Source: an uncultured Gammaproteobacteria bacterium
GTDB taxonomy: Bacteria > Pseudomonadota > Gammaproteobacteria > Steroidobacterales > Steroidobacteraceae
Direction: 5' to 3'
DNA length: 64,000 nt
NCBI GenBank assembly: GCA_963695155.1
Contig: CAVOGD010000005.1
Location: 964-64,963 of the forward strand
The notes beneath the pieces are model-generated. The model was not told where the DNA came from, did no database searches, and saw nothing but the letters and a program-made list of their open reading frames with translations. Below are positions 9,068 through 17,719 of this stretch, piece after piece; position 1 is the stretch's first letter; each line of letters begins with the position of its first letter. The translations under genes and the position numbers were made by a program.

Positions 9068-9628
9068 TTACGAAGCGCGGCACAGTCCGGCTGCCGGCCG
9101 AACTGGAACCGCACGCACGCCAAGTGGCATCCATCTTGCGCGCGTTGTCGGTGTACATCGCCATCGCAATGTCGAGCCTGTCTGGCGGTGGCCGAGCGCA
9201 CGCGTAACTTCGAAGCTGCCGAGGTGGGCGCCGACGAGGATCGCTCCACCACCCCGATGGAGTGCTCCGTGCAGCAGGTCTTCACCCTCGACGGAAATAT
9301 CAAACAGATCGAAGCGCCCGTTGAGCAGGAATACGCGGTCATGAATCGTTGAGGAGAAGCTGAGGAGGTGGCGGAACCAGTCGATCGCGGTCGGCGAGCG
9401 CCCGAGGATTCGACGGAGATAGTCGCGGGAGTGTCTCCTCGCGAGCGGGGCGAACAGGAAGAAGTAGGCAACGATGCCGTAAAGCACGATCCGGCTTGCC
9501 CGTCGCCCGAGCCGCAGCGAAATCCAGCTCATCAGCCGCAGCAACAGTCGCGAGCTGCGCTCAGCGTGGGTCACCCAGTCCGCCGCCGCTGCGCGCTGGT
9601 TGCCTGGTCTTTCGGCGCTACCCAACAT
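9068..9628 (-). pseudogene. LPLAT/LpxL-like lipid acyltransferase, frameshifted and 3'-truncated
   Basis: Family-like N-terminus: WVTHAERSSRLLLRLMSWISLRLGRRASRIVLYGIVAYFFLF...GGAILVGAHLGSFEVTRALG. The next conserved stretch (LDIAMAMYTDNARKMDA) lies in another frame near 9165. About 110 C-terminal residues are missing because the convergent DUF2238 gene occupies that space. Confidence 0.55.
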
Positions 9629-11300
9629 CAGGTTGCGCCGGGATCGCCGGGATGCCGATGGTGCCGCTGGCGACGATTCGGTCCTGCGCACGAATCGTAA
9701 AGCTGACGCGATGGTTTTCGGCCGGCTCGAAGTGGAGTTGCAGCAACTCACGCGGACGGGCGGCGCTCAGGAACTTGGCGGATTCGACCGTGCACTGCGA
9801 TATTGCAACCCCAAAGGACGTGGCGATTGCAGCAAGGGTTTCGTCGAGCAGTACGACGCCCGGCACGAGCGGATTTCCAGGGAAATGCCCGGCAAACGCC
9901 GGATGATCTGCGGCGATCGGCAGCGGGACGACGGTCGTCATTGTGCCGGTGGCCGGGCCAGCACTTGCCAGTCCACGGGATACTAGCGCCTGCAACTCGT
10001 GGTTCGGCAGCTTGCCGGTCGCGTTGCGGCGAATCTCCGGCACGAAGAGCAGTGGCCGCGGTAGAAACACGGGATCCAGGCGTTCGCGCAACTGCCGTAT
10101 AAGCGTTCCTGCATCGAGGCCCGGTGCCACGACAACCGCGCCCAGACGCGCGATGCCGATCGCAGCGGTTTCCGTGTCCTCCCGCATGAAGAACGCGCCA
10201 TCCACAACACCTGGAACACTCGTAAGTTGGTAGTCGAGATAGGCGAGCGAGCTTCGCTTGCCGGCGATGTTCACCAGATCTGCAACGCGGCCCCGTAGCA
10301 AGAAGCGATCCTCTGCCGTCACCTCGAGAATGTCCCCCATCGGCGTTGCCACCTCGACATGCCCACCCTCGACCCATGTCCGGCCGTCGCGGATCGCGAC
10401 ACGAACGTCGGGCCACAGCCACCATGCGGCGGTTTCCGTCGTCCGCCGGCTGGCTATTTGACCGGTTTCCGTGGAACCGAATATCTCCAGCACCGGCGCG
10501 CCATATCTGACCTCGACATCGCGCGCCAGCGTCTCGGCCAGCGGCGCCGTGGCTGATACGATCAGTTCGACAGCGGGCAGGTCGACATCGGACGCGATCA
10601 GTGTTCGAAGGTGGACCGGCGTTGACACCAGGACCCTGGGAGATGGAACAGCGGCGAGTGAGTCTGCAATGTCGGCGGGGTAGAACGGCCGCTCGGCACA
10701 CAGGGCATTGCCGCTCTGGAGCGCCAGCAGCACCGTCGATTCGAAACCGAACATGTGCTGCGGTGGTACCGTCGCCACTATCGCGCGGCGCTGCTCATCC
10801 TTGAATCCGAAACGCTCTGCTTCGATCCTGATTCCGCGGACCAGTCGACCCCAGGTCTTTGCATGGGGTACGGGCATACCCGTGGATCCTGAGGTGAAGA
10901 CATACGCAACACGCTGGTTTACTGGAATGCGCGGGATAAACCACCCGCGCGACTCCGGACTTGAGTCTTCGGAGAACAGGACCCTGGGCAGGTCAATGTC
11001 GCAGGTTGGATCGTCCGTCAGGCAAACCGCGTCGGGTGCGAAATGCTGGAGCTGATGGATGACCTCCGGTGTGGCGGTCGAGGGAAGGAGACTTACCCGG
11101 TTCGAGACGATCCCTGCCGCCAGCCCGACTGCAAAGTGGTAACGATCCTGGCAGTCATTCAGCACGTGGTTCGTGATCGGCAATGTCGCCGCGAGGCGGG
11201 TGACGTCCGCGATGAAGCGTCTTGCGTGGATTGGTTTGCCATGCCGGTAGGCGACCACGGCGTCCGGCGCAGCGTGGGCAAGAAGGGGAACGGCGTCCAT
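9618..11300 (-). CDS. acyl-AMP ligase (AMP-binding) fused to a C-terminal FabA/ApeI-like hotdog dehydratase
   Basis: 560 aa. AMP-binding motifs are VFTSGSTGMPV and IFGSTETGQIA. The C-terminal 110 aa read ADHPAFAGHFPGNPLVPGVVLLDETLAAI (hotdog dehydratase signature). Confidence 0.8.
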   Translation of the reverse strand: MDAVPLLAHAAPDAVVAYRHGKPIHARRFIADVTRLAATLPITNHVLNDCQDRYHFAVGLAAGIVSNRVSLLPSTATPEVIHQLQHFAPDAVCLTDDPTCDIDLPRVLFSEDSSPESRGWFIPRIPVNQRVAYVFTSGSTGMPVPHAKTWGRLVRGIRIEAERFGFKDEQRRAIVATVPPQHMFGFESTVLLALQSGNALCAERPFYPADIADSLAAVPSPRVLVSTPVHLRTLIASDVDLPAVELIVSATAPLAETLARDVEVRYGAPVLEIFGSTETGQIASRRTTETAAWWLWPDVRVAIRDGRTWVEGGHVEVATPMGDILEVTAEDRFLLRGRVADLVNIAGKRSSLAYLDYQLTSVPGVVDGAFFMREDTETAAIGIARLGAVVVAPGLDAGTLIRQLRERLDPVFLPRPLLFVPEIRRNATGKLPNHELQALVSRGLASAGPATGTMTTVVPLPIAADHPAFAGHFPGNPLVPGVVLLDETLAAIATSFGVAISQCTVESAKFLSAARPRELLQLHFEPAENHRVSFTIRAQDRIVASGTIGIPAIPAQPDVG

Positions 11301-11354
11301 GGGGTCAGATCGATCGCTGGTGCCCAGCTTCCGGCATGCGGGCGGAAAATCGCA

Positions 11355-11639
11355 TTACTTCGTCCTCTGCACGGCGATGAATGCCGCCAGGTCCCTCAGC
11401 GACCGAAAGATCTGCTGGTTCTCTACGCCCTCGGCCTTGATCTCGATCCCATATCGCTTCGAAATGACGAGCGCAATTTCGAGAATATCAATCGAGTCGA
11501 GCCCAAGGCCGTCGCGATAGAGGGGTGCCTCCGGGTCAATCGTGGCGGCCGGCACGTCGAGGTTGAGGGCCTGCGTGATCAGATCAGCGATTTCCCGTTC
11601 AAAATCGGTGTCTATCGAAGGCTCCACGGTTTGCATCAT
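11355..11639 (-). CDS. acyl carrier protein (phosphopantetheine-binding)
   Basis: 94 aa with the attachment motif DGLGLDSIDILEIAL. Confidence 0.8.
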   Translation of the reverse strand: MMQTVEPSIDTDFEREIADLITQALNLDVPAATIDPEAPLYRDGLGLDSIDILEIALVISKRYGIEIKAEGVENQQIFRSLRDLAAFIAVQRTK

Positions 11640-11821
11640 CGCCTTCTGGCAGCCGTGATGAACGTATCTTAGTATGCGCGGGTTCGTGCCGGTACGATGA
11701 ACCGATGTCCCTTATGAATCATGGGGATAGGACGCCCTGCACGACGCGCCCACGATGATGGATCCCTCGCACCTTTCACTGCCAACTTGCTGTGTCGGCA
11801 AGTATGAACGCCGCCGTACGG

Positions 11822-12582
11822 TCAGCGACCCCGCAGTCTGCGTGCGATAAGGGCTGGAATGCGAATCAGGAAACCAGCGAACAACCGCATGTGCATCCAC
11901 GTCAATAGAACATTGGTCCGCCCGTAGCGGAAATGCGAGACCCCGCCTTCCTCTGGGCGAAAATATCGAACCGCAGCCGGAAGATTCGACGGCCGGACCC
12001 CTTTCCAGCACAGCCGGACGGCAGCTTCGGCGTCGAAGTCGAAACCGCGCATCCAGATCCTGCGCCGCATGATTCGCTCTAGTGGAGCTGCCGGGTAGAC
12101 GCGGAACCCAAAAAGCGAGTCGTGATGGCCGCCCTAAGCGTCTCGACGTTCACCCACCAGTTCGAGATCCGGCGCCCGCGCACCCGCACGCGTGGGGCGC
12201 TCTCGTCAAAGACCGGCTCGCCTAGGATCATTGCGTCCGGCGCGGCACGCGACGCGGCCATGAATGGCGGGATTCGATCCGCCGGATGCTGTCCATCAGA
12301 ATCCATCGTGAGCACATGTGTAAAGCCTTCCTTCAGCGCGTCCCGCATGCCGTGAAGAATGGCTGCACCCTTGCCGCGGTTTCGCGGCAGCGTGAAGACA
12401 CGCAGGCCGGGGTCCTGATCGGCGATTGCGCGAAGCGCCTCACCCGTGCCGTCCGTGCTGCCGTCGACAATGACCCATATTGGCGCCCAGTGGGCGCGGG
12501 CCGCCGTCACGGTCTCGAATACCTTCGCACCCGGGTTGTAGCTTGGTATCACGACGACGTGAGTCGAGGAAGCCTGTTTCAT
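11822..12582 (-). pseudogene. family 2 glycosyltransferase, frameshifted
   Basis: The N-terminal part (MKQASSTHVVVIPSYNPG...VDGSTDGTGEAL...MDSDGQHP) ends at a stop at 12079. The C-terminal part (GHHDSLFGFRVYPAAPLERIMRRRIWMRGFDFDAEAAVRLCWKG...EGGVSHFRY) is in another frame. The shift is at the CCC run 12132-12134. Confidence 0.7.
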
Positions 12583-12841
12583 CGGCAACGCCTCACCCGG
12601 CCTGCTGCGGTGCATGCCGCGCGACGGCGAGAGACATCTTTGTCGCAGGAGTCGCCACCGCCTGGATCCTCAGGGAATCGTCCGCCCGCGTCGAGGCGGA
12701 GGAGTGTGAGTAGAACCTGGTTGCCCGGCACACATTCTACGTCAACGCCGCACTTCAAGACCCCACGCCCGGTGACCTGCCGGGGAAACCCGCCATGACC
12801 TGCGTGGGCTGGCGCGTTCGCGCCGATTGAGGAGGGCTGAG

Positions 12842-13640
12842 TGACCTTGCCCCCGTTCCCTGACGGTTCGTCGTTAGAGACTTGCCACTTCTGGCGTCCA
12901 ATTTCCCTGACGCTCTTGGGCGAACTCGTTCGGTGCCACGTTGCCGAGCAAGCTGTGCGGTGCATGTGCATTGCAATCGATGCGCCAGACCTCGATCTGG
13001 GCCCGGGCGTCGTCGATCGACAGGAACTGCGTGACGTTCAGGCATTCGTCGCGCAACCGGCCGTTGAACGACACTATGTGCCCGTTCTCAGTGGGTCTTC
13101 CCGGGCGGATGAGGTCGAGCTTCACGCCGCGCCGGTATGCCCATTCCTCGTGAACTCGCGACGTGAACTCGGTGCCGTGATCCACGGTGATCGACACCGG
13201 CCATCGAACAACTAATCGTGGACGAAATCCAAGCTCCAGCGCTCGTGTGTGCGCTGCGCCTGCGGCACGGACGCCGACGCAGGCGCATGTGCTTGCGACG
13301 ACGTACGCGCCTCTTGTTCACGAGCCAGCCCTCCCGCCGCAACATCACGCGGATGCCCTGGTACCCGAACTGCGGCCGAGCGTGCGCGATATCGCGGATA
13401 CGCAACCGCAATGCCGACTGGTCACGGGCCGTGCTCCTCGCGTACCACGCGGTGTGCGAAAACTCCGCCAGGCGACACGCTCGGCGTAGCGCTCCAAACG
13501 TGTGTTCTTCTCGCGCAACTAGCGCAACTCTCTCAGTTCGGTTAGCCCGAGCTTGTCGTACTTCTTCTCCCACAGATGGAAGCTCGCCTCGCTTACGCCT
13601 ATAGGTAGCACTTTCCGGTCTTTGCGGGAGAAGCAATGCG
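12842..13640 (-). mobile_element. decayed IS3-family (IS407/IS2-like) element: one terminal IR, orfA tail, internally deleted orfB
   Basis: A terminal repeat-like sequence TGACCTTGCCCCCGTTCCC starts at 12842. The orfB C-terminus is ITVDHGTEFTSRVHEEWAYRRGVKLDLIRPGRPTENGHIVSFNGRLRDECLN (12874-13197). The orfB N-terminus is RIRDIAHARPQFGYQGIRVMLRREGWLVNK and ERWSLDFVHD*LFDGR. The orfA tail is GVSEASFHLWEKKYDKLGLTELRELR*LREKNT. There are in-frame stops and about 55 aa of the DDE core is deleted. No second IR was found. Confidence 0.7.
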
Positions 13641-13734
13641 CCGTAGCGGGAGTATTGCAGGCTGGATCAGCGATCGCGCTTCACGGCGCGGCTGCTGGAT
13701 GGCGAGTGGATGACTGCGCTGTATGACCGACCCG

Positions 13735-13795
13735 ATATCGAGAAGTCCGATGGTCGGTCCGTGACGCCGGTGACCGCATGACATTTGAAGGGACC
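13735..13795 (+). repeat. repeat copy A (CGACCCGA-N9-GTCCGATGGTCGG plus GCCGGTGACCGCATGA)
   Basis: Hand alignment to copy C gives 30/37 identical, then 20/22 identical after a 24-nt insertion present only in C. Confidence 0.65.
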
Positions 13796-13907
13796 CTAAG
13801 TGGGTGCAAGACCCATGCCTGTCGGATTCGTCTCCCGAAATGGCCGCCTCTGCCCTGCCAGGTGACCTTCGAACCAGCCGGAACTTGCGTTTGCCGGTTG
13901 TTCTGAT

Positions 13908-13931
13908 AAGATAGTAATTAATTACTATCTT
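13908..13931. promoter_or_regulatory. perfect 24-bp palindrome, candidate TetR operator
   Basis: AAGATAGTAATT|AATTACTATCTT ends 17 nt upstream of the tetR ATG. It lies in an AT-rich stretch unusual for this DNA. Confidence 0.5.
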
Positions 13932-13947
13932 TATTGGGAAGACAGCC

Positions 13948-14556
13948 ATGAGCCAGAAGTCGAGGCATCTCCCTGCCGATCAACGGCGGGACGTCACGGT
14001 GGAGTCCGTGGTTGAACTTGCGGCGACGCGAAATCCCAGCGAGATAACGACCGCGGCCATCGCTACGCACATGAACCTCACGCAGGGCGCAGTGTTTCGT
14101 CACTTCCCCAGCAAGGACGCCATATGGCAGGCAGTCATGAAATGGGTTGCCGACACACTCCTGGCGACAATTGATCGCTCGGTCCAGGGAATTGACTCAC
14201 CGCTCGACGCGATGCAAGCCATGTTCATGGGGCATGTCGAGTTCGTGGTAACCCACCCGGGCGTTCCACGGATTCTGTTCGGTGAACTCCAGCGAGCCGA
14301 GTCGACCCCGGCCAAGCGCGAGGTGCAGACCCTGCTGAAGCGTTATGGAGAACGCCTGCATCAGCTCATTGAAAAAGGAAAGGCCTGCGGTGAACTGGAC
14401 GCCGCGCTCGACAATGAGGCTGCGGCCACGCTGTTCATTGGCACCATGCAAGGCTTGGTCATGCAATCGCTGCTTGCCGGCAACGTGCAACGCATACGCC
14501 GCGATGCGCCACGTGTCTTTGCGATTTATCGGCGTGGAATCGGTGGTGCCCAATGA
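13948..14556 (+). CDS. TetR/AcrR family transcriptional regulator
   Basis: The N-terminal HTH reads ITTAAIATHMNLTQGAVFRHFPSKDAIW. 202 aa. The stop overlaps the next start (ATGA at 14553). Confidence 0.9.
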   Translation: MSQKSRHLPADQRRDVTVESVVELAATRNPSEITTAAIATHMNLTQGAVFRHFPSKDAIWQAVMKWVADTLLATIDRSVQGIDSPLDAMQAMFMGHVEFVVTHPGVPRILFGELQRAESTPAKREVQTLLKRYGERLHQLIEKGKACGELDAALDNEAAATLFIGTMQGLVMQSLLAGNVQRIRRDAPRVFAIYRRGIGGAQ

Positions 14557-15704
14557 CAACTCTGCCGTTGCAAGGCCGAACCCTGGCATTGTTGGCCGTG
14601 ATCGTCCCGCTGCTCGCTCTGTTCGTCTATGTCGCGCTGCGGTCCGGACCGCTGGCGCCAGTTGCGGTCAGCGCCACACTGGTCGAATCGCGGGCGGTCG
14701 CCCCGGCCGCCTTTGGCATAGGTACCGTCGCGGCCCGCTATACGTACAAGATCGGCCCGACCTTTGCCGGGCGCGTGAAGCAAGTGGATGTGCAGGTCGG
14801 CGACCGGGTCAGCGCCGGGCAGGTGCTGGGCGAGATGGATCCGATTGACCTGGACGACCGGATTCGCTCGCAGTCATCGGCGCTCAAGCGCGCGCAGGCT
14901 CTTCTGCGCGAGGCGCAGTCGAGGCACGACCATGCGCAAACCCAGGCGCATCGCTACGAAGAACTCTATGCCGCACGCTTGGTCAGCGAGGAAGCTGCCA
15001 CGACCAGGCAACACGAGCTCAGGATAGCCGATGCCGCCAGGGCGGCCGCTCAGGAGGATCTCGCACGGGCCAGGTCCGATCACGACGGCCTGGTGGCGCA
15101 GAAGAGCAACCTGCGCCTGGTCGCACCGGTCGATGGTGTGGTAGCCGTGCGGCATGCTGACCCGGGCACGACCATCGTCGCTGGCCAGGCAGTGGTGGAA
15201 GTGATTGATCCCAGCAGCCTGTGGATCAATGTGCGTTTCGATCAAGTCAGTGCCGCGGGGATTGCCGCCGACCTCCCTGCGAGCATCGTGCTGCGTTCAC
15301 GCAACGGCCAGGCCATGACGGGTCGCGTGCTGCGTACCGAGCCTGTGGCCGACCCGGTCACCGAGGAGATTCTCGCCAAGGTGGTTTTCGATCAACTACC
15401 GGAGCCGCTACCACCGCTGGGCGAGTTGGCAGAGGTCACGGTTGACTTGCCGCCACTGCCTGCCGCCCCGGTCATTCCAAACGCCGCCGTTCAGCGTGTG
15501 GACGCCGAACTGGGAGTCTGGCAGGTCATAGGCGATGACTTGTTTTTTTCTCCGGTCACTCTGGGTGCTGCAGACTTGACTGGACTGGTGCAAGTTCAGC
15601 AGGGATTGGACGTCGGCGACCGGGTGATCGTTTATAGCGAAAAGGCGTTGAGCGCCCGTAGTCGCATTCACCTGGTCGAACAGCTTCCAGGAGTCAAGCA
15701 GTGA
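14553..15704 (+). CDS. HlyD/DevB-type membrane fusion (periplasmic adaptor) protein
   Basis: 383 aa with an N-terminal TM helix, a coiled-coil (IRSQSSALKRAQALLREAQSRHDHAQTQAHRYEELY), a lipoyl-like motif (VDVQVGDRVSAGQVLGEMD) and a beta-barrel. Confidence 0.85.
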   Translation: MTTLPLQGRTLALLAVIVPLLALFVYVALRSGPLAPVAVSATLVESRAVAPAAFGIGTVAARYTYKIGPTFAGRVKQVDVQVGDRVSAGQVLGEMDPIDLDDRIRSQSSALKRAQALLREAQSRHDHAQTQAHRYEELYAARLVSEEAATTRQHELRIADAARAAAQEDLARARSDHDGLVAQKSNLRLVAPVDGVVAVRHADPGTTIVAGQAVVEVIDPSSLWINVRFDQVSAAGIAADLPASIVLRSRNGQAMTGRVLRTEPVADPVTEEILAKVVFDQLPEPLPPLGELAEVTVDLPPLPAAPVIPNAAVQRVDAELGVWQVIGDDLFFSPVTLGAADLTGLVQVQQGLDVGDRVIVYSEKALSARSRIHLVEQLPGVKQ

Positions 15705-16909
15705 TCAGCCTGGCTGGGCGCGACATCATGCACGCCTGGGGGAAATTCGTCTTTACAGGCGTGGGGCTGGGCCTGTTGATTGGCGTGACCTTGTCAATGG
15801 CGGGCATTTATCGCGGCATGGTGGACGACGGCAAGGCGCTGCTCAGCAATAGCGGTGCTGATCTCTGGGTCGTGCAACAGGACACGCTGGGCCCTTACGC
15901 GGAGTCGTCCAGTGTCAATGACGAAGCGTATCGCGGGATTCTTGCCATGCCAGGAATCGCTCAGGCCGCCAACGTCACCTACCTGACCATGCAGGTGCGC
16001 AAGGGCGAACGCGACGTTCGGGCCATGGTGGTTGGTATTTCGCCCGGCAAGGTAGGAGCGATACCGGGATGGCCGCCCTACCTGGTGGCGGGGCGCCAGG
16101 TCACACGCAGTCACTACGAGGCGGTGGCCGACATTGCCAGCGGCTTTGGCCTCGGAGACCGTATCACCATCCGCCGCAATCAATACCATGTCGTGGGCCT
16201 GACACGTCGCATGGTGTCTTCCAGCGGCGACCCGATGGTCTTCATTCCGCTCAAGGACGCCCAGGAAGCACAGTTCCTCAAGGACAACGATGCCATCTGG
16301 CAGAGTCGCCGTCGCACCGAAGCCAACCCTGCTTTCAACCGGCCCGGCGTGCCCGACCTGCTCGATGCGGTGATCGCATCCCAGAGCACCAATTCGTATG
16401 TCAATGCGGTGCTGGTCAGGTTGCAGCCCGGGTATTCTCCAGACGACGTGGCCGATTCAATTCGCCGCTGGAAGCGCCTGACGGTTTACACCCGGGCACA
16501 AATGGAGGAGATCCTCGTAGGAAAGCTCATTGCCACGTCGTCCAGACAGATCGGCATGTTCCTGGTAATTCTCTCCATTGTCAGCGCCGCAATTGTCGCC
16601 TTCATCATCTATACCCTGACACTAGGCAAGATTCGCGAGATCGCGGTACTCAAGCTGATCGGCACCCGCAATCGCACCATTGCCGGCATGATCATGCAGC
16701 AGGCCATTGCACTCGGTGTGATCGGCTTCGTGGTGGGCAAGATCACCGCCACCTTGTTCATGGCGCCGATCTTTCCGAAGTATGTGCTGCTTGAGCCTGC
16801 CGACTCGGTACGCGGCTTTGCCATAGTCGTAATTATCTGTGTGCTGTCCAGCGTCATTGCGATCCGCGCAGCACTCAAGGTCGATCCGGCCGAGGCCATT
16901 GGTGGATAA
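15701..16909 (+). CDS. ABC transporter permease, FtsX/MacB/DevC-type
   Basis: 402 aa with one TM helix, a large periplasmic domain and three C-terminal TM helices (FtsX-like: IAVLKLIGTRNRTIAGMIMQQAIALGVIGF). The GTG start overlaps the previous stop (GTGA). Confidence 0.85.
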   Translation: MISLAGRDIMHAWGKFVFTGVGLGLLIGVTLSMAGIYRGMVDDGKALLSNSGADLWVVQQDTLGPYAESSSVNDEAYRGILAMPGIAQAANVTYLTMQVRKGERDVRAMVVGISPGKVGAIPGWPPYLVAGRQVTRSHYEAVADIASGFGLGDRITIRRNQYHVVGLTRRMVSSSGDPMVFIPLKDAQEAQFLKDNDAIWQSRRRTEANPAFNRPGVPDLLDAVIASQSTNSYVNAVLVRLQPGYSPDDVADSIRRWKRLTVYTRAQMEEILVGKLIATSSRQIGMFLVILSIVSAAIVAFIIYTLTLGKIREIAVLKLIGTRNRTIAGMIMQQAIALGVIGFVVGKITATLFMAPIFPKYVLLEPADSVRGFAIVVIICVLSSVIAIRAALKVDPAEAIGG

Positions 16910-16910
16910 C

Positions 16911-17621
16911 ATGGCTGGCAAAGGCATCCGAATAGAGGGGCTCAGGAAACGGTATGGCAAGGCCGATACCGCTGTTGATGCACTGAAAGGCGTCGACATG
17001 CAGGTGGCGCCTGGCGAGGTGGTGGGTTTGATCGGGCCCTCCGGCTCCGGCAAGACAACGTTGCTGAAATGTCTGGGGGCCGTCATCGATCCTACTGCCG
17101 GCCGCATGACTCTGGGCGACGAGGAAATTTATAACAATGGCTGGAAGGTGCGTGACCTGCGAGCCTTGCGGCGCGACAAGATCGGTTTCGTGTTCCAGGC
17201 GCCTTACCTGATTCCGTTTCTCGATGTCACGGATAACGTGGCATTGCTGCCGATGCTGGCGGGCTCCTCCAACACAGAGGCGCGAACGAGGGCGCTCGAG
17301 CTTTTCACTGCCCTGGAAGTGCAGCATCGCGCGCGCGCCATGCCCTCACAGCTATCCGGCGGTGAACAGCAACGGGTCGCGATTGCGCGTGGACTGGTCA
17401 ACCGCCCGCCCGTCATCCTGGCGGACGAGCCTACCGCACCGCTCGACAGCGAACGTGCCATGGCGGTTGTCAAGATCCTGAACGACATGGCGCGCAAGTA
17501 CGAAACTGCGATCATTGTTGTTACACACGACGAAAAGATCATTCCTACATTCAAGCGCATTTATCACATTCGTGACGGAGTGACTCATGAAGAGGCCGGC
17601 GAGGGACGAGGGTTCGAATGA
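16911..17621 (+). CDS. ABC transporter ATP-binding protein (DevA/MacB-NBD-like)
   Basis: Walker A GPSGSGKTT, signature LSGGEQQRVAIARG, Walker B VILADEPT. ATG at 16911. Confidence 0.9.
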   Translation: MAGKGIRIEGLRKRYGKADTAVDALKGVDMQVAPGEVVGLIGPSGSGKTTLLKCLGAVIDPTAGRMTLGDEEIYNNGWKVRDLRALRRDKIGFVFQAPYLIPFLDVTDNVALLPMLAGSSNTEARTRALELFTALEVQHRARAMPSQLSGGEQQRVAIARGLVNRPPVILADEPTAPLDSERAMAVVKILNDMARKYETAIIVVTHDEKIIPTFKRIYHIRDGVTHEEAGEGRGFE

Positions 17622-17719
17622 GCCTGTTCCCGCTCGCCGCACGTGACGTGGCGGGACCGCTCGTGACCGCGCGTCCGGCAACGGCCCACGCTGCTCGGAT
17701 CAGTGCGGCGAGGCCACCG

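Noticed and set aside
8689-9471. 260-aa minus-strand ORF
   Set aside because: It is mostly antisense to DUF2238. At best a few residues near 9100-9130 could be a third-frame remnant of the truncated acyltransferase. It is not an independent gene.
13755-13767. Resemblance of GTCCGATGGTCGG to the GGCGAUGG core of fluoride (crcB) riboswitches
   Set aside because: The rest of the fluoride consensus is absent (no pseudoknot partners or AAAC/GAUGA elements). No crcB or fluoride-related gene follows any of the three copies.
13599-13949. 116-aa minus-strand ORF spanning repeat copy A and the palindrome upstream of tetR. Also the idea that copies A, B and C are remnants of one coding sequence, based on shared ..PTIG(L/H)L.(I/F)GS.. 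translations
   Set aside because: The ORF crosses an AT-rich promoter-like region and a perfect palindrome. The peptide similarity is just the translation of the shared nucleotide motif. I could not fit it convincingly to the integrase catalytic region (spacing to the LGH motif is wrong by about 70 nt in copy C).
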